Source: Amphiscolops sp. MND2022
Taxonomy: Eukaryota
NCBI GenBank assembly: GCA_964187785.1
Contig: OZ076409.1
Span: forward strand, 47,122,001 to 47,186,000
Direction: 5' to 3'
DNA length: 64,000 nt
Shown here in pieces: positions 53,984-64,000 of this stretch (within the stretch, counting starts at the first letter, position 1; the number at the start of each line of letters is the position of its first letter). A program made the position numbers and the translations under genes. The notes beneath the pieces are model-generated. The model saw only the letters and a program-made list of their open reading frames with translations. It was not told the DNA's origin and did not search any database.

Positions 53984-54316
53984 TTAAGCTGCTCTTGATA
54001 GTGGGTAAATCAGCTGCATGTAGGTCACGGCGTCTTCCAGCGCAGGGTCAGTGTTTTCCAAGGCATGGTAGCAAAGAACTTCATAGAGTCTTATAAAACT
54101 GTGTGACTCTGGATCAATTCGCACTTTGCATTTTCGGGATTTTGGCTGGGAGGGTGACACTAGACCCGAGTACTTGGAACGGTAACAAATTTTCACCGAT
54201 TGGTCTGCGTAGGTCCAACGGAGTCTTGTAATGATTACGTCAACTAATCCGTTGATCTGCATCTCTTTGGGCAGAGTCCATTCGAGGTGTAAATACACTT
54301 TTTGGTACCAAAACAT
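53984..54316 (-). CDS. Hypothetical 110-aa protein, paralog of 58296-58676
   Basis: From ATG 54316 (MFWYQKVYLHLEW..); aligns end to end with the 58296 ORF. Confidence 0.7.
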   Translation of the reverse strand: MFWYQKVYLHLEWTLPKEMQINGLVDVIITRLRWTYADQSVKICYRSKYSGLVSPSQPKSRKCKVRIDPESHSFIRLYEVLCYHALENTDPALEDAVTYMQLIYPLSRAA

Positions 54317-55399
54317 TTGGATGGAAAGAGTGAATACTTGACAGAGAAAAAGAGCGTGGTTGAGATAGGCACACACACACAGGGAGAAAGAGAGAGAGAG
54401 TCGAAAACGAAACTGAACTGACTGATTTGAAACAGCTCTGAACGAAAGAATGAGCCAGTGGAGAAACCAATTACGAGATATATAAGTGAAAAGAGAAAAT
54501 GTACCGAAAAACAAAAGCCTGATGAAGGATGTATTATTCGATAGGAAACCCTGGCAAATAACAAATAATTGCGTTTTCCTCCCTTCGAGAATGAAAGACA
54601 TAAATAACAGCTTTGTTCAATAGTAGAGTATTATCAATTAGCGAATTAAGTTGCTTCATGTTAATCGAATGTAGTCGATGAAAGCACAACACCGCGTTAC
54701 TAAATGATACATAAGGCTAGTCTGTTCAATTGTTCAGCCTGAATCATTTGGTAATTAGGTAAACGGTAGTTGAATTTGTTGCTGGTTGGGCGACTAAAGA
54801 AAAGCATCAAACTGAATTGATGTGATAGTGCCGATACCTCTGCACTCTTGTGACGGTTTGAGGTTGAATTGGTTATTTAAATTTTTTGAGGTGGTCTAAA
54901 ATCACGGATGGTGTACGAGTCTTTGTATTACAAGTCTGATCCTCATACACTAGTAACGAAAGGAATATATTTCCGGTAAAACTGTCTCAGTATTTTGTGA
55001 CCGTTTATGCCAAAAGAAACTTTTAATTTTAATTAGATGGACATTAAAGTTTGTAGATGTTTCGGATCTTGTAGGCTGGGGAAGGGGTGGCATTAGCAAG
55101 CAAGATATGATTTTTTGTCTTTTTTTAGTCATGTAAACTGTAAACAATGTGTATCGGGGGAAAACGACATGATTCGGAATTTTACAAGCATTCGATAGAT
55201 TACATGTCTAAGTTTCACGCATCCAATTTGAAAAAAAAAAGCAATGCAACGCCCGGTGTTAAGTAGATTCGAACCGACATTCTACAGCAGTAAAGTATTC
55301 TATTTTACCTCTCGGCCATAGCGCCTTGATATTGGACGGTTCTATTTTAGTCTTATTCCTATTTGCTCTGTTTAAAGCACTGGTGTTAAACGAAAGACG

Positions 55400-55640
55400 T
55401 AAAAAACCAACGCCTGATGTTTGATCGCACAGCCTATCCAGAACAAAGTGAAAAAGCAACGCCTGGTTTTTGATCGCACAGCTTATCCAGAACAAAGTGA
55501 AAAAGCAACGCCTGGTGTTTGATCGCACAGCTTATTCAGAACGAAGCAAATTAGCAACGCCTGGTTTTAATCGCACAGCTTGTTCAAAAGGAAGTAAAAT
55601 AGCAACGCCAGGTGTTAATCGCACAACTTGTTAAAAAATG
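55400..55640 (+). repeat. 49-bp tandem repeat with the AGCAACGCCTGGT core
   Basis: Core at 55455, 55504, 55553 and 55601. Confidence 0.85.
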
Positions 55641-55644
55641 AACG

Positions 55645-56099
55645 GGACCATGTCATCTATCCCCCCCAGGTACACCTTGTTAGGAATCCCCCCAGCACGA
55701 AAGCACATTTTGTTCTTGAATAAAAATATTTCACTACTTAGAGAATATTATACGAATGTAAATACTTAGCGGATTGTCTCTACAACTGTTGGACACTTCA
55801 GGTAAAAAAACCCTAATTTTTTGATATCATTGTCCAAAATGGCAAAAATTCACGCTTGGAACAAGATGAATTAGTATAAAAAGGCCCCTATTTCAACGCA
55901 AATTTTCTCCGTGATGATATCTAATGAGCAACTTTTAACTGACAGTCAATGTAATGGATAGGATTATGTCGACATCAATTGTTTTATTGGATTAATATTC
56001 TAACGCAAACGATGTCGACATAATGGTATTTGAACCTTGTGACTTATTCCCCCCCCCCCCCGCCGCAGTTGGGGGGGGGGGAAACAGATGACATGGTCC
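55645..56099. mobile_element. 455-bp MITE with GGACCATGTCATCT TIRs and 8-bp TSD (Merlin- or hAT-like)
   Basis: TIRs at 55645 and ending at 56099; AATGAACG at 55637-55644 and 56100-56107. A lone matching end lies at ~52060-52096. Confidence 0.85.
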
Positions 56100-56494
56100 A
56101 ATGAACGATACGAACAAAAATTGCAATTAAATCCTTCAAGAAAATACTAGGGGTTTATAATGTTCTTAACGTCATCAATATTCCAGAAAGAATGGTTCAC
56201 TTTCGAAAAAGTCGCTTTTCAAGGTTATTGGGCGACAAGTTTTTTATTTTATACCTAAATACTTGAAATTTGTCAGTTTCTCACATTTGATTTTGCTTTA
56301 AAAATAGTTGCAATTAATTGCAGCTAAATGCATTCAAATCAATAAACTTTTTAATTGCCTGAATTCAAACAATTAAAACTTAAACCACTTTGATTGCAAC
56401 GCCCAGTGCAATCAGCGTTGTGCAATAAATAATTTATTTGAAAATAATTCAAAGAAATAAAAATACCAATCTTTATTCTAGTTTCGTCTTCTAG

Positions 56495-56825
56495 TTTTAG
56501 AATGAACGTATTAAAATAGCAACGCCTGGTGCATCGCTCAGAGTTTGATTTAGAATGAACGAATTGGAATGAACGAATAAAACTAGCAACGCCCGGTGCT
56601 CGCGCAGTGTATAATTTAGAATGAACGATTAAAAATAGCAACGCCCGGTGCTCGCGCAGTGTATAATTTAGAATGAACGATTAAAAATAGCAACGCCCGG
56701 TGCTCACGCAGTGTATAATTTAGAATGAACGATTAAAAATAGCAACGCCCGGTGCTCACGCAGTGTATAATTTAGAATGAACGGATAAAAATAGCAACGC
56801 CCGTTGACTCGCGCAGTGTTTGATT
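56495..56825 (+). repeat. 52-bp tandem repeat with the AGCAACGCCCGGTG core
   Basis: Core at 56585, 56637, 56689, 56741 and 56793, plus 56518. Confidence 0.9.
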
Positions 56826-57203
56826 TACAGTAGTTGACTTAGACGTCAATCAAAACTAATATAATGATAATCCTCAATGTATTTTTGTGAAATACTCTAC
56901 AGTAGTGATAATCAGGAAGAATAAATTCGGGCACTCATTTTCTCAAAACGGCGGGACTTCCTTATGCGAATTCGGTACTCCTATTTCCTAAATCGACACT
57001 CGAAAATAAACGAAGAAGCAATGAAATTTTTCATTGATATTTAACGAAAACAAAAGGTATTGAAAGTGATCACAAATGTTTCAACACATATTCCAGAAAT
57101 ACGCGTTCGAGTTCGGGTTCTTGGTTGTTTTACAGATAAATTCAACCAGCGGCATCGTCGGCAATCGTCTTGGTTTTGAGACTATTTGTTTCTCAGCATC
57201 ATC

Positions 57204-57765
57204 TCATCGAAGTCGTGCTTGGAATGGCTTGACATGAATATTGTTATTGGGCCGCCACAGATCCTCTTGTTCTTCCATGAAATCCGTCACATTCTTGAGC
57301 ATCTTTTCGTGTCTAAACAGGATGAACGGTATACAAAAATTTGCCGGCTACAAAAAGTTCTTAGAATTTTATCTAGTTTACAAAAATGTTTATTTGAAAG
57401 TCTCCTGACAAAAATTACAAAGTTAAGATTGTAAATTTTGACAAAATCAAATTTGCATTTTTTTCTTGATTTTCACAAAGTTGAGATAGTATTTTTGAAA
57501 ATTTTTTAGTCAATCATATGCCCCAAGATCTGAGGGTTATCCTGTGTACCAAACACATCATGATATAGATTCTTTCGTAATACAAAAACCAGATTCCAAC
57601 ATAGAAACTCTAAACGATTTAGAACAATAATTACCTTATCTTTCCGTCAGGGTAAACCACACTATTGTAATAGCAGTATCCAACTTTCTTGGGGGTTTGT
57701 GACTTGATCTCAATGGCGGCGAAGTTTCCATTTTGTAGGATTATTGTCCCTGTCGCTTTCAGCAT
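57204..57765 (-). CDS. Possible small two-exon hypothetical protein (~79 aa)
   Basis: ATG 57765 MLKATGTIILQNG..; exons 57765-57635 and 57312-57204 are phase-compatible; minus-strand TATAAA near 57979. No homology support. Confidence 0.3.
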
Positions 57766-58295
57766 TGTTGAATACAGTTCAGTGAAGAATGAAACTGGTT
57801 CAGTAAAACTGGTTCAGTGGAGAAAGATGGTTGTTTCAACTGATTTTGATTGTGAATTGGCGCTGACTGGTTAGTAGGTGAGTCTGAAGTGAGTTAATTA
57901 GAAGTGGAATCCAATTGGTTACTGGAGTATCAAAGGATTCCTTTAGTGTAAGGGACTTTCTTTTGCTGAATACTTTATAGCGAGGCAACACAAATAAACG
58001 TCACGCTTGTTACTACAATTTTAATAATTAAGCAGCCTTTAAAATACTTAATTAAGTAACCAACAATCGTTTCGACTTTGCTGTTCCTAATTACTTGATT
58101 ATCTATACCCGGTTATTTCACCAAAGTATTTTACTTTGAACTATATCACAACTGAACACCGACTCATTACTCGTGAGTAAGGTTTAAGGTTGAGACGATT
58201 GTGCTAGCACGCTTTTGGAAGGGTACTGTAGAATTCCAGTTGTTTCTCAGTCTCTTTGAACGCAGTCTGTTTAGTCTAACCTACCAAATCTACTG

Positions 58296-58676
58296 ATGCC
58301 TTGCCACAAACTTTATTTGAACTTACTGTGGGTAGTTCCACAAGAGCTTGAAAACCTCGATATTGAGGTAGTTACCATCACAAAAATATATTGGACCTTC
58401 AGAGAAAGTGTCATCAGAGTTTGTTTCTATGGAATCCAATTTAACCGCTCTCATCCGCTACCCGTGAAAAAGACCCCAACGAAATTCAACATACACCTTC
58501 ACCCACAGTCACAAAGTTTCAAGGACTTGAACGAAGTGCTGGGCTACCATGCTCTGGACAACAAGGATCCACTACTGGAAGAACTGCTGAGCTTTATGTC
58601 CAGCATCAAGAAGATTTCTTTGGAAAAACTCTTTGACTCGTCTTCGGACGAATCATTCTTTGGCATGGAATTCTAA
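58296..58676 (+). CDS. Hypothetical 126-aa protein, paralog of 53984-54316
   Basis: Intact ORF sharing K.YL.L.W..P.E, IT...WT....V and P.S.SF..L.EVL.YHAL.N.DP.LE. Confidence 0.7.
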   Translation: MPCHKLYLNLLWVVPQELENLDIEVVTITKIYWTFRESVIRVCFYGIQFNRSHPLPVKKTPTKFNIHLHPQSQSFKDLNEVLGYHALDNKDPLLEELLSFMSSIKKISLEKLFDSSSDESFFGMEF

Positions 58677-60951
58677 TTGCACGCACACATTGTATTTTTT
58701 CAATTCAAGTCGTTTCATTTATATTTTATTTTCATTTATAAAAAATATTTTATTACTGTAACAGCGATAAGTTTCAGTTGCAGTTAGAGTTATAACATAA
58801 GTAGAGTAATATCGAGTAATAAAAACGGGGGAATTAAATGGGGGGATCAACAAAAGATCCAAACTTTCTCGTTGTGTGTGTATGTCCTACCAATGCTCGT
58901 ATCTAACTGGTATCCTTGTATACAAACTGTCCAAGTATTAATTGTTCAAAACAAGGATGACTTTTAAAAAAGTTTTGAAACATGGATATTAGAAACATTG
59001 TAATTAGTGATTTGAATATTTAGATTTTCAACATTTTAAAAAACGTCTTAATTAACACTTGAATGAATAAAAATACTTATTTTTGAGATAACTAAAACTA
59101 AGAGCGTTTAATTCAACGAATCGTCAGCCAAATAAATTCGAAAAACAAACAAAATTGAGCTAATTTCTCAAAATACCTTTGTCAAGAACCTTAAGCTACT
59201 GAGTCAAAAGGTCTAAGAGTCCATTAAAAAAGCCCTGTCGCCGCGTTTTGGCCTGATTATGGATGGCTACTTTAAATTTTTGTTGATATCCGTTTTTCGT
59301 TGAGAATAAAAATAATAATTATAAAGCAATAGTAATATTCGGATAAAATATTGAACACCCCTGATTGTATGTATTTGGCTAAAACTGTAGCGCAGTATAC
59401 GAACAAATACTCTCAAAAAAGCCTGGTTGGAGTAATCATACTGCGCGAGGAAGTGGAGAAGGGCATTGCTCTCAACACTACTGCATTATTTCCACCGTGG
59501 ATGCGATTGAAACATCAACAATCACAGTAAAATCTATTCCATGAACCATGAAGGTGGCTCCTACCGTGATTCGAACCACAATTTAACTATGCAGCTAGTG
59601 TGAGATCAATCTTTCGCGCAACCGACTACTCCAACAAGAGCTTGAAGCATTCAGTAGTGTTGCAGTTCATATACCATATTTACTGCGAACCAACGAATAT
59701 ATGACAACGCGGGAGCCAACAGCATTTTGAAATAATTCTTGGTACGCCAGCTCCACGTACCTGCTCGTTGTCAGGTTTGACAAGAGCTTAAAATTGTTTG
59801 AAGTGCAGTCGAATTTCACTTTCATATTCAATACCCTCATTGAGAGGTAAAACTCATTATCGTTGGTCATTTTGAATCTCCGTCCTCCCAAGTTATGAAA
59901 ATAACCATCCTCCTATTGAAATGCAATTTTCGATGAGGTCTCTTCCCGTTAAATGTTAAAAGTCGGGTGTTAAGTGTTAAGTTAAAATGGAGCAAAACCG
60001 GTCTGAGCCAATCAAATTTCAGAAAAATGGATGGACCGGAACGAAGTCCTCACGCAAAATTGAGTTGTGAATTAAAAAGTTCATTTTTCTCTGAAGTTTC
60101 CCGTGCTTTCGTTCCGGTCCGCATGCTTTCAGCCAATCAGATTGCAGAGAAATCGCAGTACGCTCTTTTTGAAGAGGATAAACAAAAAGATGAACAAGTA
60201 AGGCAGCATAAGGACGGAAAGATGCAAAAGGCTCAAAACAGATCGGTACCACCTAGGTTGTAAAATATTGTATTTCAATACATTTTGCATGAAATTAAAC
60301 TATTTATATTTATTTTTCAAGAAAATAAATGATTTAAACTATTGTCGCTTTATTGTGCTGGAGTGCTTGAGAAAACGAATTCAGTTTCACAAAACTTCAT
60401 TCACTGTATTTACTTACATCCCGGATGCTCGAATTTTTGTTCAAAGTCACATAGATAGTCATTATGGAAGTATCTCGCAGTACTGAAAATTCGTTCAGCT
60501 GAGTTTGACGTGTTTGATGTAAAATTTGAAACAATAAATTATTGTAATTGGAAAGGCCGAAAAATAAATTATTTGAATATATTTATTGCAATTATTTTCA
60601 ATTATTTACTTGACACTCTTGGGTACCACTACATACCTACAATTTTTCAAGCAGTCGTGTAAACCACTGCACCAACAGAACATTCATTTGATTTTAAAGT
60701 TTGCTCTTTATTGCCTGAAGTTTTATGCTTTTTAATAAGAGCAAATTAAGAGCAAATAACATAAAAACAAAATTATTCCCATTTAACATAAAAATGAAAT
60801 TAGTTTCATATAACATAAAAAATAAATCCAAATACCCGGGTAAACAATCGAATTCACGAAAATTTATCTGTAATGCTCATACTTCTTTCAGTGAATCTCT
60901 TTTGCATTGTGATTGCTTTAGAACACTAAAACTTTCGGATCTTTTCTGTTA

Positions 60952-61512
60952 AATGCTAATAAATGAACTAAATGAAATAGCAATGCCCGGTGCTTAGAAC
61001 ACTGCTATTAAATAAACTAAATGAAATAGCAATGCCCGGTGCTTAGAACACTGCTTTTAAATAAACTAAATGAAATAGCAACGCCTGGTGCTTAGAACAC
61101 TGCTTTTAAATGAACTAAATGAAATAGCAACGCCCGGTGCTTAGAACACTGCTATTAAATAATCTAAATGAAATAGCAACGCCCGGTGCTTAGAACACTG
61201 CTATTAAATAAACTAAATGAAATAGCAACGCCCGGTGCTTAGAACACTGCTATCGAATAAACTAAATGAAATAGCAACGCCCGGTGCTTAGAACACTGCT
61301 ATTAAATAATCTAAATGAAATAGCAACGCCCGGTGCTTAGAACACTGCTATCGAATAAACTAAATGAAATAGCAACGCCCGGTGCTGAGAACACTGCTGT
61401 TAAATAATCTAAATGAAATAGCAACGCCCGGTGCTTAGAACACTGCTATCGAATAAACTAAATGAAATAGCAACGCCCGGTGCTGAGAACACTACTATTA
61501 AATAAACTAAAT
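60952..61512 (+). repeat. 49-bp tandem repeat, 11 copies, AGCAACGCCCGGTG core
   Basis: Core at 60979 and every 49 bp to 61469. Confidence 0.95.
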
Positions 61513-62714
61513 AAAAAAATGTCGGGCTAAAGTGAAAGTTGTGATAAAAAATCACAACCTTGAAACACTGACACCCATTATCATGTATTTTTAGAGAGGC
61601 TCTCAGTTAGGGGATCACATAGTGTCGCCCATAACAAGACCCACGCCGGGAACGTGGCCTCTGGAGGGTCTCAAAATCTAATTTACAAAGTCTACTACGA
61701 AAATATGCTAACTACCAGAGCTTCCGGAATTTTATTTGGGATCAAACATTTCAATTAATTTAAACCAAAATCAATTAATGGACAAATGGAAACTTGCAAT
61801 ATAACTATCAATTATCTCGCAATTGTTGAAGCAATAATTTCGGTATTAAGGCTTTCATCCCAAGATAGTCTATTCATCTTCAAAGATTTCGAGTTTCATT
61901 GGAAATAAACTTATCTAAAACCGTCCATCTAAAGAACTTTTCCATTTAATTAGAGGTCAGAATCATTTTTTCCGTTTTTTCATCAAATTTTCAGTCAATA
62001 AACTACCTTTTGACCTCCCTAAAATCAATTAATTGCACCCTAATAATTGCAAATAAATAGTTGCCAGTTAATAAAACGATGAGATAATCAAAGAAGAATT
62101 GAAATGTTTTATGATGAAGGAAATTATATTCTTGAAAAGTTGATTCTGCTGTACAGTGTATTGGCGATCGAATGAATTAGATGTACGATGAGAGAAATGA
62201 AATGCTAATTATGAAGGAAATGATGCTGCTGAAAAGATGATTCTGCTGTACAGTGCATTGGCGATCGAATGAATTAGAATGTAAGAATGAAGTACATATA
62301 AGAATGTGATTAGAATTTCGTAATTCTGTTTGCGAACCATGCCGGGACTGAACGAAATTTTGTGACGTCATCGTTAAAACGGTTAATTCTTTTTCGATTC
62401 AAAATGGTGATAAATGCAAGAAACTTTGCTAAAGCTATATAATAGAGTGTGTGCATGCATAAATCTATTGGAAGATCAATAAATTATTGCAAAAAATAAT
62501 TCCATAGAAAGCTTTTGACTTTGAATATTTTATTGGCAGAAAGCAATAAAATAATTTATCATACCATGTAAATACTTTCTCCATTTTGAGACGTTCTGTT
62601 TACTGCTATTAAATAAACTGAAGGAAAGAGCAACGACCGGTGCTGAGAACACTGCTAATAAACAGCGTCCGGTTGATATATATGATGCAAAACTCAAAAA
62701 TTATATTCATATTA

Positions 62715-63520
62715 TTTGTGCGGGGGGATCCACATACTTTTTCCATTCTCAAGCCCTTGAAAAAATGATTGGACTAATTCCAAAAAAATAAACTGAATAA
62801 AATTAGTTAGACTTTCAGTTTATTTTTTAGGTTATTATTTTTTCGTTTCATTTTACGTTTTGGCTTGGGGGGGGGGCTTGGTGTAAGAATAATACTTTAT
62901 GAATGCATTAAACTGCTAAAGCATACATATTTCCTCCATTCTCAAGCCTTTCTAAAATTGATTGGACTTATTCCAAAAAGAATAAACTGAATAAAATTAG
63001 TTAGACTTCCAGTTTATTGTGTTAGGTATTTTTTTTCGTTTCATTTTCTTTTTTGGCATGGGGGGGGGGTTCGTGTAAATATAATACTTCAAGAATGCAG
63101 TAAACTGCTAAAGCCTACATTTTTCCTCCATTCTCAAGCCTTTGTAAAATTGATTGGACATATTCCAAAAAGTAAATTAAATAAATTATTGAGAGTTTCA
63201 TGAGTTTAATTTTATTGTGTTAGGTAATTTCTTTTTCGTTTCATTTTATTTTTTTTTGGCCTCGCGGGGGGGGGGGGGTGGGGTGGTTGTTGTGTTGAAT
63301 AAATTACTTTATAACTGCATAAAAATTCGCCAATGCATATACAATTTTTCCATTCTAAAATTTTCTTGAAATTGGTTGAATTTATTCCAAAAAACTATGT
63401 GAAATATCAAGACTTCAAGTTAATCATGTTCACTAATTTCCATTTTTTTCGTTTTATCCATGTTGCGTGTGGGGGGGGGGATTCGTTGATAAAATAATGC
63501 GTGAAAATTACTTAAAAAAC
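62715..63520 (+). repeat. ~195-220-bp subterminal tandem repeat with poly-G tracts, ~4 copies
   Basis: CCATTCTCAAGCC-like anchor at ~62743, 62936, 63128 and 63350. Confidence 0.85.
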
Positions 63521-64000
63521 TTTTACTACAAAAGGTAGAACATTGTGTGAAAATTCTTCATTAATACTCGTGGATGGTTCACAGTGATATCTGATACGCG
63601 TCGTACGTTCAATTTATCTAGTGACGTCATTTTGAACTATTTGGAATGCTTTCCAACGGTATTCGCTTCGCGAGTTAATACATTGTTCCTTTGTCGAAAG
63701 AAGCACTGATGACACACTCGCTCACCGCGACAAGGTCGGACATAGAATTGACCTCGGAATTGACCAATCAGAGAGCAGCATCACTTTTCGCTCACTTGGT
63801 CGAACTTACACTGGAATTCGTTCAACCAATCAAAAACGCCGGATTCGTGACACTCTTTCGCCGCTGGTCGGCGCTATGAAAATGTATAAAATCTAACATT
63901 TTGTCACTTGGTAGGACAAAGTCTTAAAATAATCCTGAGGCCATTTGAAGCATTTTCCACTATTCAGAATAGCGTGTTCGACCAATTATGACCGACGAAG

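Larger units (their letters stand above)
30205..63963 (-). mobile_element. Putative ~34-kb tyrosine-recombinase (Crypton-like) giant DNA element with chromatin-modifier cargo
   Basis: YR gene near one end; element-specific motifs dispersed throughout and not seen left of the gap; diverged direct repeats at ~29980-30245 and ~63730-64000. Confidence 0.65.

Noticed and set aside
59667..60263. Short ORFs 59667-59891 (-) and 59967-60263 (+)
   Set aside because: No motif, paralog or splice support; cannot be called from sequence alone.
49580..61512. CRISPR-like appearance of the AGCAACGCCCGGTG arrays (and the 67-bp array at 29294)
   Set aside because: Spacers within each array are near-identical rather than unique, no cas genes are present, and the context has spliceosomal introns.
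30205..63963. Maverick/Polinton, Teratorn or endogenous giant virus
   Set aside because: No recognisable PolB, capsid, packaging ATPase, helicase or DDE transposase ORF.
63964..64000. Possible continuation of the gag fragment cut at 29131 (an empty-site match)
   Set aside because: Joined frames give no convincing gag match, and these 37 bases resemble 30210-30245 more closely, suggesting another element end.

Overview
AT-rich eukaryotic (probably invertebrate animal) genomic DNA made almost entirely of mobile elements, with one clear host gene (PLAC8 family, 10422-11063) and a 200-N gap. The left half holds Ty3/gypsy LTR retrotransposons, including one complete 16-kb element (11762-27819). 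That element has 2371-bp LTRs, a TTTGG target-site duplication, a gag ORF starting inside the LTR, and a 7-exon antisense cargo gene resembling a degenerate hAT transposase with a zinc finger. The right half (about 30200-63960) looks like one ~34-kb tyrosine-recombinase (YR, Crypton-like) element. Its lead gene splices across five exons into ~1726 aa: SET methyltransferase, Pro/Ala/Lys repeat, zinc fingers, YR and a Myb-like tail. Directly upstream on the same strand is a zinc-finger/JmjC (KDM2/KDM7-type) demethylase gene, followed by small unknown genes. At least six different tandem arrays share the core AGCAACGCCCGGTG, and diverged direct repeats with an att-like palindrome bracket the unit. 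A giant YR element carrying its own histone-mark writer and eraser is the most promising candidate for an undescribed system. All calls were made by eye and by manual translation; no database search was run.
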